A DNA stretch of 64,000 bases from a virus: IMG/VR virus record IMGVR_UViG_3300028048_000003. The stretch is one strand, 5' to 3'. The notes below the pieces were generated by a model. That model saw only the letters and a program-made list of their open reading frames with translations, did no database searches and was not told the DNA's origin. A program made the translations under genes and the position numbers. This document shows, piece by piece, positions 11,601 through 20,647 of the stretch; position 1 is the first letter of the stretch; each line of letters begins with the position of its first letter.

Positions 11601-14600
11601 ATGTTAGCGTTTGTCGTAAACTCGGTAACATTAGGAGTTTCAGACATGAATTGGCCATACATCATATTAGGAGTGATATAACGGCCTGTTGTGTCTTGGA
11701 TTTCTTTCGACACCATTACCGCAAGTTTAGCAAGATACGGATTCGTGAAGGAACTGTAATCATACCCACCAGCATTGAGCCTAGAACCATCTGTCATACG
11801 ATGTTCATCGTTTCGAGAATAATCCCTAGAATACTTCGTGCTGTTGTACTTCTTGTCAAATTCCTCGATGTAGTCAGGGAGAACCTTGTCTAATTGCTCA
11901 TCGGAGAGGAAATTGCCATAGAGTTTCTTCCAAATCTCACCCTCAGATAACCCCTGTGAAGCAAGATTACCAAACTTTTCGAGGAGTTTATACAGAGAAT
12001 CAAATGGGTCAGAACCACCTGTCATAAACAAATCGCTGATACCAGAGAAGTTTATATTCTTAGCGTCCTTGCCATAGAGCATATTGAGAAGACTGAACAA
12101 GGAAGACTCTTTCACGCCGTACTTGGCAAAGTCACCGCGGGACATCATATCTTTAGCCGTAGCGATAGCCTGTTGCTGTTCGTCAGAGTAGTTTATGTAC
12201 TCTTTCGGTTCTTTCTTGTTATGGCCATGATTATGCTTTTGCTTGTGATTACCAAAATCGACGGAATCTTTGCCCTCGTTGTTGCGTCCCCTTGTCGGGT
12301 CAACTTGCTCTTCTTTTGGACTCTTTGTGCCATTAGCTATCTGCTCTTCAATTTTTGTGAGTTCCGCTGTTTTAGCGTCATTCTCACTTATCTCTTGCTG
12401 GAGAGCTGTAACGATACCCTCTTGTTCTTCTATTTGTTCTGCGGTTCTCTCTTGTTGGAGAGATGAGATGTCACCGTTATTCCTTAACGCCGTATCCCAT
12501 GTAGTATAAGCATTTTTAGCGTATTGAACTAAAGCGTCCTTTGTACTATTTATAGACTCTACCCATGACTCTGGAAGAATCTTCTTCATCATAGGGCTGT
12601 TAGCAGCGTTGGCAAGGACAGTCATTCCCTCTGCCGCAGCGCCACATGCTGCAAATATCACAGCTCCAAATTTTTGGTAAATCAGTCCAAGTAGACTAAC
12701 CGACGAACCTTCTGCTTTCATGGCTTTAATTCGTCTCTGTGTAGCTTCGAGCATGGCGTTCTTAGCAGCATTTTCGGAAGCAATTTCACCCTTCATAGAT
12801 TCTATTTTTTGAAGCGCTTTAGCTCTATCGCTGTTAGACAGTTTCATAATCATAGAAAGGTTCATCTTACCATCTTTGAGGAATTGGTCAGAGTTGGTAT
12901 GAAGAATTTCTGCTATCTGGTCGCTGATTTGCCCTTGCTCTTGCTTGATTTCATTAATTCTTTGGACGGATTCTGCGTTTTCATCATTGGCAGCAGTAAG
13001 CTGTTCGAGTTCGTCTTCAAGTTCATTGTACTTAGTAGCAAGTTTCTCAGCCTGTTGTACGCTTTCGTCTACCTCATTGTAGGTGTCAGCCCATTGTTCA
13101 GCCTGTTCTTTAAGTGTAGCCGTCAGGTTTTCTTGCTCCTCTCGATACGCTTCATACTCTGCGGCTGCTTGACCAGCTTCTTCTGACGTTTCGAGGAGAT
13201 ATGTACCGATTAGTGTGAGAGCGGTAATTACTAAACCAATAGGCCCTCCAAAACTATCGAGGACAACGTTGAATATCTTCATAGCCGTGCTGGCTCTTCC
13301 AATACCAACAGCAGACATCCTAGCGGCATCACCAAGAGCAATTACTCTAGTCCGTGCGGTAGTCAGGTCAACTTTGTAGAGTTTTGCCATCCTATCCGCG
13401 ATTTGCATCTGCCTAGAGAAAGAGAGATTAGCTCTTCGAGCAAGTTCCGTAGAGTTCTTGAACTGCTTGTTGATTCTATTTGCCCTATTTAGTTCCGTTG
13501 CATACTGCTTAGTTTGACGAATCGAGGAAACAGTAGCAAGTGCGGCCACGTCCTTCTGAGTGCTCATAACAGGATTCAATTTACTCATAAGAGCAGCGTT
13601 GCGAGAAGCCTGATATTGAGCTTGGATATTGGCAATAGGATTGGAAATATTGATAGAGCTACCGCCGTTTCTCCATGTAGCACTAGCCTTACCTAAGTTT
13701 CGTGCGATTTGGTTGATTAGCGGTGGCAGGAGTTTATATGCGGCAACGACTGCAAGAATACCTTTAGCGTACTTATAGGCATTTGACTCACCAGAAGAAA
13801 GACCTTTAACAAGGTTATTGAGGATATTGAGAACCCATTTCAGGTCATTGAGCAGACCGTTATTGCCATTTGACATGAAGAGCTTTGCGATGTTCGCTTT
13901 CAGAGTTTCTACCTTGCGGGCAACCGTGTCCATCTGGAGTGCTAACTGTTGATTAGTAAACCCAGCTGCATTTTTCGTAAGCTCAATGGTACGCTTTAAC
14001 TCGTTGTAATTTTTCAAGAGAGCGATTGTCTTAGACGATTGCCACTTACCACCAGAGATAGCAAGCATAAAATCAGACAAGGACTTAGAATCAAGGTTTG
14101 TGTGTTGCAGTCCTTTGGAAATATCAAGAATCAAGTCTTCAACAGGACGTAACTCTTTCTTTCCGTTTGCGCCAATCTTATAAACCTCAATACCAAATTT
14201 TTGCATAGCCTTGACAGCCTTATCAGACTGAATTGAAGCAAACAAAGATTTCAGCATTGTACCGATTTCATTACCACTCTTAGCCGTTGTACGAACACCA
14301 GTTGCGATAAGTGCATTTAAGAAACCGAAGGAGACACCAGCAGCGTCCGCGGCGGCTCCTGATTGCTTAACACCTTCTGTCAAATCCTGTGCCGACGCAC
14401 CAGACGTATGAGCAAGTTTCGTCCACACATCGAGAATATGAGTAGAACGTGCCATCAAGAGGTTGCTGTCCTCTGTCTGCATGTTGAACTGGGAAAGTGC
14501 CGACTCAAGACCAAGTACAGCGTCCTTCATCTCAAAGTTATCTGTGGTAGCCATCTTAGCCGCTTGCGCCGTCAGGATTTCAGTATTCCTAGCACCTACG

Positions 14601-17539
14601 TCAGCGTCACCGCCACCTTGGCCATACAAACGACCAACAGACCTCGCCGCGTCAAGGACATTATCAGCAGACTGTCCGAATTGAGCACCGATAGAAACAA
14701 ACTTTGAGAACTCTCCGTTCATCGCCGCTTGTCCTTCTTCTACCTTCGGCAACACCTGTGCGATACCAGCCATAGCTAACTCGTACTTTGTTACGTCAGA
14801 AACCACATCGGACGGGAAACTGATAATATGGTTCTCGATAGAACTACCAATCGCCCAGTTAGCAGATTCTCTTGCTCGTCTGAGGATGTTCTCTACATTG
14901 AGCGCATGACGCGGGGACTTAGCGATTTCTTCGTTAAACCGTTCTGCCTGACGATTAAGAAGCCTGAGTTCTTGCCGTGCCTTTTCAAAACCAATCTTAT
15001 CGGCCGTGGAGTGTGTCTGTTGGAGTTGGAGATAAAGGTCTTGGGCGTTCTTACGCGCTTCGGAGAGCCGTCGGTTGAACGAATCGGAGATAGTGAGAGC
15101 TTCTTCCTTGTTCGCCTTGATAGGCTCTGGCTTTTTGACATTATCCCAACGTTTTACGCCCTTCAAAAGCGACTCGTCAATTCCATCAGTAGGATGACCG
15201 AGGTCTTTGAGTTTTTTTGCAATATCCTCGATACGGTGCTTTTCCGCAAGGTAGCCAGCCTGAGTATAAACGATTCCTTTTTCACCAGTATGGTCTGCGA
15301 TATTACGCTTTACCTTTTCAAGAGCTTCGAGCTGCTTGATGATATTAGCTTGTCTTGTAGCTTCTTCTGCGGCAGCTTCTTTAGCTTGCTTTTCTCGCTC
15401 TTTCTGTGCCTTTACTTCTTCCTCCATCTGGCTTTTAAGGAGTGAAGAGTATTTCTTAGCGGAGATTTCTCTTTGCTTGATTTGCTCATCGAAAAGGTTA
15501 GTGACCTTCATATCACTACGCGCTTTTTCAATGTCTTTCAAGCTCATTGGCTGATTCTGTACGTTCTTTACATAGTCAGCGTACCTACCCTCAGAGAACG
15601 GATTTTTTGTAGACAGGTCACCTTTTAGTTCAGACAGGACTTTGCGAAGTGCGATAATGCGTTGACGAGCTTGTTCCCACTTACGTTCATTGAGAATAGT
15701 ACCGTTGTCTCTGCTGTTCCATCCGCTGTTGACAAGTTTATCATGCTCTTTCTGAGCGGCTTCAAGTCGTTTTGCAGGTTCTTCGCCAAGTTTTTTGCTT
15801 ACAGACTGTTTGAGTTCCTCGAAATGCCTACGAAGGGTTTCAAGTGTTGTAAGGTACTTTCTAGCGTCCCTGTCAGCGCGGTTGATACCTTGAGCAAAAT
15901 CACCGTTGCCGAGCTGTTGAAGAAGTGCTTCCGCCTGAGTGATTCTAGCGAGGGCGCGTCCGTACTTGCCGAGGGATTCGTCCTGCTCTGCTCCCTTTTT
16001 CAAAAGTTGTACAAGGTCATTCTGTTGCTTAGAAACATCAACCTTTGTGTCGTTGGTTTTCTTCCCGCTTGCGTAAGCCTTGCGAAGTTCTTCCTCTTTA
16101 GCGCGGATTTGCGAATCGAGGGTCTTTACTTCTGGTTTCTCAGGGGCTTTCTTTTCTTTGGATGATTCTTTCTTCTCTGCTTCTGCCTGTGCCTTGCGTT
16201 CCGCTGCCTTTTCAACGACATCCTTACCGAATTTCTTGAGTGTATCACGAGCCGCGTTTACAACAGCAAATGCGTTGGCAATAGAGGAAAAGTCGATATG
16301 TGCCGCGTTCCACAGGTATTCATACATAGAGCGCGTATCGGCAGCAAGAGCATTGATAGCGGAAACAGGGAGAGACTTACCTACATTTTCCCATGCGCGA
16401 GAAAGGCGTTCTGTATAGTCCTTGATGTCCTCATTCGCATCCGTACTCTTGACAGGCGGTTTCTTTGCCTTGGGAGTAGTAGTTTCCTTGACGTTCAGTC
16501 TCGGCAGTTCGGGAATCTTGATGTTCTTGAAGCTCTCGTTAATCTCGCGTGCCAGCTTCTTCGTCGATTCGGCCATAGCGGCTGTCTTATCGTTGGCATT
16601 GACCAGACTTGAATTAACTTTTGTGTCAAGAACGTTAGCAATTTCCAGCCATTTCTTTTTGATACCGTCGAGAAGCCCAGTGGCTTCGGCATACTCATCC
16701 AGAATAGCCTTAACTGCCTTTTCGGAGAAACTATTATCTGTTGTAAGAGCTTCTTTAGCGTTCTTCTTTGCCGCCGCCTTTGCCTTTGCAGCTTCTTTTT
16801 CCTTTTCCGCTTCTCTTTTCGCTTGAGCCGCCTTTGCAGCAGAAAGAAGATTATACTCACTCCTAAGAGCGCGGATTTCCTCTCTCTGTCCTTCTACGGA
16901 GAGTTCTTTGGGAAGTCCCTTGACTTTATTAAGTCCTGAGATAAAGTTACCCAAATCCATCTTGACTAAATTATTGCCAGCGAGAGAATGTAAGTCTTTT
17001 TTGATATTAGCTAAATTTTTACTAACGATACCAGAATAAGTTCTTACATTGTCAGCGGCTTTCTTTAAGTCGATACCCTCAACAGATTTTGTCCTTATTT
17101 TCTCCGCTGCCGAAGCAATCTCATTGATAGCAGTTTTGATAGTCTTAGATTGTTTAAGGAACTTGTCAAGGGCATCATCATGTGCCTTTGCTGTCTCTTC
17201 TGCGGCTTTTTTTACGTCTTTTGAGGCATTGATTTGCTCTTTAGACGCATTGACACTCTCTTGCAGTTTCTTATTCACATCGCCAATCTCTTTAGTCATG
17301 GTCGTTAAACCAAGTGATTTAGAGATTTTTTCAAGGTTCTGTGCTAGTTTAAGGGCAGAGCCACCAGTCTCATTCAAGGACGAGATGATAGACTTTCTGT
17401 ATTCATCCTTGAAGTCGGTGAACTTAATGTCGTTGATGGAACTGAGCGCATCTTTTACTTTTTCGAGGTTAGTAAGAGACTTGCCAATTTCAACTTCCAA
17501 GTTATATGAGATTTTCGTAGACTTAGAATCGTCTGGCAT
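8663..17539 (-). CDS. tail tape measure protein (2,958 aa) with embedded CHAP/NlpC-P60-like domain
   Basis: Very large coiled-coil-rich ORF (long K/E/A/Q-rich stretches) directly downstream of the G/GT chaperone genes. Internal QCSSWVSYMM…WRGHVGIYDGNGGYIA motif: Cys codon 11254-11252, His codon 11104-11102. Hydrophobic Gly-rich C-terminal part. Confidence 0.9.
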   Translation of the reverse strand: MPDDSKSTKISYNLEVEIGKSLTNLEKVKDALSSINDIKFTDFKDEYRKSIISSLNETGGSALKLAQNLEKISKSLGLTTMTKEIGDVNKKLQESVNASKEQINASKDVKKAAEETAKAHDDALDKFLKQSKTIKTAINEIASAAEKIRTKSVEGIDLKKAADNVRTYSGIVSKNLANIKKDLHSLAGNNLVKMDLGNFISGLNKVKGLPKELSVEGQREEIRALRSEYNLLSAAKAAQAKREAEKEKEAAKAKAAAKKNAKEALTTDNSFSEKAVKAILDEYAEATGLLDGIKKKWLEIANVLDTKVNSSLVNANDKTAAMAESTKKLAREINESFKNIKIPELPRLNVKETTTPKAKKPPVKSTDANEDIKDYTERLSRAWENVGKSLPVSAINALAADTRSMYEYLWNAAHIDFSSIANAFAVVNAARDTLKKFGKDVVEKAAERKAQAEAEKKESSKEKKAPEKPEVKTLDSQIRAKEEELRKAYASGKKTNDTKVDVSKQQNDLVQLLKKGAEQDESLGKYGRALARITQAEALLQQLGNGDFAQGINRADRDARKYLTTLETLRRHFEELKQSVSKKLGEEPAKRLEAAQKEHDKLVNSGWNSRDNGTILNERKWEQARQRIIALRKVLSELKGDLSTKNPFSEGRYADYVKNVQNQPMSLKDIEKARSDMKVTNLFDEQIKQREISAKKYSSLLKSQMEEEVKAQKEREKQAKEAAAEEATRQANIIKQLEALEKVKRNIADHTGEKGIVYTQAGYLAEKHRIEDIAKKLKDLGHPTDGIDESLLKGVKRWDNVKKPEPIKANKEEALTISDSFNRRLSEARKNAQDLYLQLQQTHSTADKIGFEKARQELRLLNRQAERFNEEIAKSPRHALNVENILRRARESANWAIGSSIENHIISFPSDVVSDVTKYELAMAGIAQVLPKVEEGQAAMNGEFSKFVSIGAQFGQSADNVLDAARSVGRLYGQGGGDADVGARNTEILTAQAAKMATTDNFEMKDAVLGLESALSQFNMQTEDSNLLMARSTHILDVWTKLAHTSGASAQDLTEGVKQSGAAADAAGVSFGFLNALIATGVRTTAKSGNEIGTMLKSLFASIQSDKAVKAMQKFGIEVYKIGANGKKELRPVEDLILDISKGLQHTNLDSKSLSDFMLAISGGKWQSSKTIALLKNYNELKRTIELTKNAAGFTNQQLALQMDTVARKVETLKANIAKLFMSNGNNGLLNDLKWVLNILNNLVKGLSSGESNAYKYAKGILAVVAAYKLLPPLINQIARNLGKASATWRNGGSSINISNPIANIQAQYQASRNAALMSKLNPVMSTQKDVAALATVSSIRQTKQYATELNRANRINKQFKNSTELARRANLSFSRQMQIADRMAKLYKVDLTTARTRVIALGDAARMSAVGIGRASTAMKIFNVVLDSFGGPIGLVITALTLIGTYLLETSEEAGQAAAEYEAYREEQENLTATLKEQAEQWADTYNEVDESVQQAEKLATKYNELEDELEQLTAANDENAESVQRINEIKQEQGQISDQIAEILHTNSDQFLKDGKMNLSMIMKLSNSDRAKALQKIESMKGEIASENAAKNAMLEATQRRIKAMKAEGSSVSLLGLIYQKFGAVIFAACGAAAEGMTVLANAANSPMMKKILPESWVESINSTKDALVQYAKNAYTTWDTALRNNGDISSLQQERTAEQIEEQEGIVTALQQEISENDAKTAELTKIEEQIANGTKSPKEEQVDPTRGRNNEGKDSVDFGNHKQKHNHGHNKKEPKEYINYSDEQQQAIATAKDMMSRGDFAKYGVKESSLFSLLNMLYGKDAKNINFSGISDLFMTGGSDPFDSLYKLLEKFGNLASQGLSEGEIWKKLYGNFLSDEQLDKVLPDYIEEFDKKYNSTKYSRDYSRNDEHRMTDGSRLNAGGYDYSSFTNPYLAKLAVMVSKEIQDTTGRYITPNMMYGQFMSETPNVTEFTTNANIGGYMESFSDEADLIDKLAKTYIRGDAYNGMRYDDAKTATDWYNVGHANGWPDDEDGYKYSRSIDQYANESGWNTAAQTIGENIGEAMVKEADAHAGEQWRGIDAGFDDNSSWESQCSSWVSYMMNKHGITSVNSPNGDTLMGQAGSAYHAGEAPLNAGDIINWRGHVGIYDGNGGYIARNSRGGVHHGTMEEAQQYFGAVLGRVDIKELAKTNGVKYGSPSISSSESVDRWEKYRGENAFHRNGIEEAAYRYESDQKHYEREQKRLETEAKLSGYTAEIYKKIAANEEAKLKSTETTLSYWRAVQQNGEDFLKDYSDKFSGFKSFLSENNLSIEGIKTLPDSEIQEIAKKFDKEGKGDFTKAINSLIKSRSQLESLESNYAEDKAEHDRKVYGSMSPTERLDAQLESLSNAHEHKINGMTDSESYMENMRFYAQKLDILQKKYDWIHSQLSKAESSDYEKRSGWETERDAEQKRLDLLIEKRKTLTSEDKTLNAEIQKVSKHVDELTDRIDQNREHGSEATQQYKKDLAEVQKSIDDVKKSLNAVTDELADIIENGVHNMFSDVLLEGKSFKESWKSLWNDIAKLALRQILRVQMQKWGLKDILSGENITRRVQRRNFVHNVGRVGGFMSGWSGNVLDKIPSSRYGATNQFGGKADYNRAFQQLSQKLNLNTLAIRKGTTVANAVATVQKAATVATQSASIKNSLATGQQVLATNLSSNQMSLLNATNQRNTIAVQGNTNADISNTSATTANTTALQMQGATSSMGGAAGIGGSSSGGGMGWAGYAGIAISLFSMFRKHADGGLIKGFATGGDTTGLIRGAGTGTSDSILTYLANRGQFIRTSNGEYIIKKSTVDKVGVGFLDTLNANPEAIAGMKRYADGGNLGESYEPVMSPKTVENYRKFNRNNTVIKTSSNKRLEQLMQQQNDMLAAMGSKDNGSGNMVVLNTQADSASVMRAIQKNPRAFQRIMGNQQRHGFR

Positions 17540-17660
17540 ATAAATCCTCCTTCGGATTGTTCTTTTGATTAGAATATGCTATACTTGATTGGTGAATTTA
17601 ATACGACAGAACGAATAAGCCTGTTGTATATCATAGGTACAAAATAACGAAAATGTTCCT

Positions 17661-17688
17661 TTACCCATTGGGGAATATTTGCTATAAT
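17661..17688 (+). promoter_or_regulatory. sigma70-like promoter with extended -10 (TTACCC-16 nt-TGcTATAAT)
   Basis: TGCTATAAT at 17680-17688 and TTACCC at 17661-17666, about 40 nt upstream of the plus-strand ORF. Confidence 0.5.
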
Positions 17689-17730
17689 GTACCCAAGTGA
17701 ATTGTGTGTTTTCGGAATGGAGTGATGAAG

Positions 17731-18096
17731 ATGGATATTGTAATTCAAATTGTTGCTGGATTTTTTCAGTTTTCTTTGATGATGGCTGGAATATCGATAC
17801 TATTTTCTTCGGTTTTCCCAAACGCACCAACGCAAATTGCTGTAAACTATGCTACATTTTTTGAAGTAGTAGGTCTTTTACCAGCTTTTGTTGCTTACAA
17901 GAAAGGGCGTTCGTTTCCGCTATGGTGGTTGTATGGTACAATGACCTTTATGATTGCCATCATCCACTCCATCCTCATCAAGAAAAACGATACTGCGTTA
18001 GCGGAAGACGAGTCTCTCAAGAAATGCCCGTATTGTGCCGAGTATATCAAGAAAGAAGCCAAGGTCTGCCGTTACTGTGGGAAGGAGCTTGAGTAA
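17731..18096 (+). CDS. moron: small multi-pass membrane protein with C-terminal zinc-ribbon (superinfection-immunity-like)
   Basis: Only plus-strand gene inside the minus-strand virion operon. GGAG lies 8 nt before the ATG at 17731. Three to four hydrophobic segments, a …LLPAFVAYKKGRSFPLWWLYG… motif, and C-terminal CPYCAEYIKKEAKVCRYCG. Confidence 0.65.
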   Translation: MDIVIQIVAGFFQFSLMMAGISILFSSVFPNAPTQIAVNYATFFEVVGLLPAFVAYKKGRSFPLWWLYGTMTFMIAIIHSILIKKNDTALAEDESLKKCPYCAEYIKKEAKVCRYCGKELE

Positions 18097-18326
18097 TTAC
18101 TGATTCTGCATGAACTCCATGAAGTCATTTGCGTCACCGTGAGTACGCTGGACACCTTTCAGTTCATCTTGCTCGCGCTCGGAGTTCTTAGTCATACCTT
18201 CCATAAGACCTTCTAACTCAGGATAGGACAAGTTCTTGATGTCTTGTACCGTCATGCTCGTATTAGCTACGATGCTGGCAACAAGTTCATCCCAAGTTAC
18301 TTGTCCTTCTTTGTCTTTTTTTTTGC
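18097..18326 (-). CDS. gpT-like extension reached by -1 frameshift (G-T fusion)
   Basis: Own translation. The -1 frame from the A-run is open for 72 codons (DKEGQVTWDELVASIVANTSMTVQDIKNLSYPELEGLMEGMTKNSEREQDELKGVQRTHGDANDFMEFMQNQ), has no start codon of its own, and ends at TAA 18099-18097. Confidence 0.7.
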
Positions 18327-18713
18327 TTCTCCATACCCGCTCGTCGCGAAGAACACATCGAAGATTTTCGGAATCATAGCAACGTCAACGAAGCCCTCGA
18401 TTTCCTCTCGCGTATACTTCTCACCAAAAGCAAGCACGAGCAGTTCCATCATAGCTTCATACGGCTCATCGGAGAAATACTCTTTGTCGTTATCGCTCGT
18501 AGGCGTGGACTCAACAACTTTCTGCATATCGGGAGAAATGATATTGAGAATAGCCATATCCGTTCTGAACCGTGTGATATAGTGGCGAATCTTGTTCTTG
18601 TACTTGATAAGTGCAGGGAAAATCTCGCGCTCCTTACCATCACGGCATTTGATGAAATTGTCTTTTTCCATATTGTCATAACCTTTCGTAATAGATTTTC
18701 TGTTTTTCGTCAA
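18297..18713 (-). CDS. tail assembly chaperone (gpG-like, zero-frame product)
   Basis: 138-aa acidic ORF between the major tail and tape measure genes. Ends …GYGEAKKKTKKDK just after an A9G run. Start uncertain (TTG 18713 or ATG 18671). Confidence 0.75.
   Translation of the reverse strand: MTKNRKSITKGYDNMEKDNFIKCRDGKEREIFPALIKYKNKIRHYITRFRTDMAILNIISPDMQKVVESTPTSDNDKEYFSDEPYEAMMELLVLAFGEKYTREEIEGFVDVAMIPKIFDVFFATSGYGEAKKKTKKDK
18313..18326 (-). other. programmed -1 ribosomal frameshift slippery run (GCA AAA AAA AAG AC)
   Basis: Nine consecutive A on the coding strand (T-run 18316-18324 on the plus strand), 5 codons before the gpG stop. Confidence 0.7.
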
Positions 18714-18774
18714 TGAGGGTTTCCCCTCAAAGACAAGAAAAGAGAAGAGATAGTAACCTCTCCTCCATCATTCA

Positions 18775-19599
18775 TTAGTGACCTGCGCCAGCGTCAGCGC
18801 CCGTGGAACTCGTGCTAGACGAACCAGCCGAGGCTGTCGGAGCAACGACATCCTTGTTATCGGACTCTGCCTCCGTGACATCCTCCGTAGCGAAGCTCCA
18901 GAACTTGCCGTCCTTGCGCTCAGGGTCAACAATGGAGAATTTCAGCTCAGGAGCAAAAGCGTTCTTGTGCTTGAAATCCAGCTTGAGAGAGCCGTCAGAG
19001 CGCGTCTTGTAAAGAATGACGTTCATACGGACGATACGACCGTTCTTCTGCTTCATCGGCTTCGACTTGAAGTAAATCGTGGCATAGCCAGGTACAGAAA
19101 CCGTCTGCACATCAAGGCCAACAGCACCAGTATCAGTCGTGTATGCGTAGGTAGCTTTAAGCTCCTTGCCAGCATACGTCGTATCAACCTTGCTGTCCGT
19201 CACCTTGACCACATTACCGTCATCGTCAGCGACAACGAGCGTAGCAAGGTCAGCCGTATCAGCGTGTGCCAGCTTGATAGCACCGTCAGCGCCGACTGTG
19301 ATAACCTCATCGAGAGCGAAGACAACAACACCCTTGTCCTTGGCTTTTACGCCCTGAGTGAGTGCAACCGTCTGCGTGTCCATAGAAGCGTTCGTAAACG
19401 TGACAGAACCGCTCTTCTCAGTCTGATACGAGAACAGGGACGTATTGGACTCGCCGCCGAAAATGTCCTCCATCTTGGACGAGAACTCGAATGTAGCGTT
19501 CTGGAGGTGGATGTAACCAACCTTGCCAGTCTCGCCGACTACAATAGCCTTACCAGTACCCTCAACAAAGAAGGACTCGTTCTTAGTGATTGGATTCAA
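18775..19599 (-). CDS. major tail protein
   Basis: 274-aa ORF immediately upstream of the G/GT chaperone genes (canonical siphovirus order). GC3-rich like the capsid gene. Confidence 0.7.
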   Translation of the reverse strand: MNPITKNESFFVEGTGKAIVVGETGKVGYIHLQNATFEFSSKMEDIFGGESNTSLFSYQTEKSGSVTFTNASMDTQTVALTQGVKAKDKGVVVFALDEVITVGADGAIKLAHADTADLATLVVADDDGNVVKVTDSKVDTTYAGKELKATYAYTTDTGAVGLDVQTVSVPGYATIYFKSKPMKQKNGRIVRMNVILYKTRSDGSLKLDFKHKNAFAPELKFSIVDPERKDGKFWSFATEDVTEAESDNKDVVAPTASAGSSSTSSTGADAGAGH

Positions 19600-19616
19600 A
19601 TTGATTCTCCTTTTCT

Positions 19617-20015
19617 TTATGCAAAAATCAACGGACGATAACGCTGTGCATATTTGTATACGCCCTTCGTGTCAGATGGAAGGTTATAGCACGAACCCAC
19701 GAAAAAATCCTCCTCGCGCAGCTCTTCCGTGATAATTCGCTTCATAGCTTTCAAATCTTTCCTCGATTTGGCATAATAATCTACGCACAAAAAACCTCTC
19801 AGCACATAGATATTATCCGTTTCAGTTGCGGACGAGAAATATATGCTTACAAAGTTTACGTTATCAACTGTGGCGTAACTAAGCGGCGTTAACTCCCTTC
19901 GGATTCGCTGATTAATTTCGCCCTCGGTTTTTGGATTTCCCAGCAGTTTTATGAGGTCTTTATTCTTTTTGAGCTTGCGGTAAACATCATCAAGGACTCC
20001 CATATCATCTGTCAT
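19617..20015 (-). CDS. head-tail joining / tail terminator-type protein (by position)
   Basis: 132-aa ORF between the connector genes and the major tail gene. ATGA-type overlap with the upstream gene. Confidence 0.45.
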   Translation of the reverse strand: MTDDMGVLDDVYRKLKKNKDLIKLLGNPKTEGEINQRIRRELTPLSYATVDNVNFVSIYFSSATETDNIYVLRGFLCVDYYAKSRKDLKAMKRIITEELREEDFFVGSCYNLPSDTKGVYKYAQRYRPLIFA

Positions 20016-20647
20016 AGAGAAATTCTCACCTTCTTTATTTCACTCTTAAAATATCTAGCGACACATTCGATAAAAACGTTGTGAATCTCTTCTTCCATAT
20101 CGGAGAGGAGATTGCTGTCCAGCAGCGCTTTTTTCAGAACATGATAAGCTGGAGACGGTGTATAGAAATAGCCATCAATTTTCAGTCTGTGGTTACGTCC
20201 TCGGAGGTTTATATGGCGCGAAGACCACCAATCTTCGAGATTTACCCACTCAGCACTACCGCTAGAGGTATATACATTACCGTCAAGGTCTTTGTATACG
20301 CCCTTCGGTCTGCCCATGATAGCCAAACCATCTGCAAGACGGTTCTTGTTGAAGTTGGAAGAAGCCAAGTAATCAGACAGGTATGGATTCTCATCCGATT
20401 TGTCCATTAGGCTACCTTTTCCATACTCAGCAATCCACGCCTTTTGTCCCCACGCTTCTACGATATAGCTCACAACATCATTCGTTTGCTGAGGTTTTTG
20501 AGTAGACGAGATGTGTGCTTCACCGTCAATCGTGTTCATCTTTTGCCACTCTGTACGGACGTTATCTTTTGCCGCTCTGATATATTTTGAGATAACCCTA
20601 CGGACACCATCTTTAAGGTTTTTCCCTAGGTCAAATCTTCTACTCAT
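20012..20647 (-). CDS. head-tail connector/neck protein (by position)
   Basis: 211-aa ORF, coupled to both neighbours. Confidence 0.45.
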   Translation of the reverse strand: MSRRFDLGKNLKDGVRRVISKYIRAAKDNVRTEWQKMNTIDGEAHISSTQKPQQTNDVVSYIVEAWGQKAWIAEYGKGSLMDKSDENPYLSDYLASSNFNKNRLADGLAIMGRPKGVYKDLDGNVYTSSGSAEWVNLEDWWSSRHINLRGRNHRLKIDGYFYTPSPAYHVLKKALLDSNLLSDMEEEIHNVFIECVARYFKSEIKKVRISL

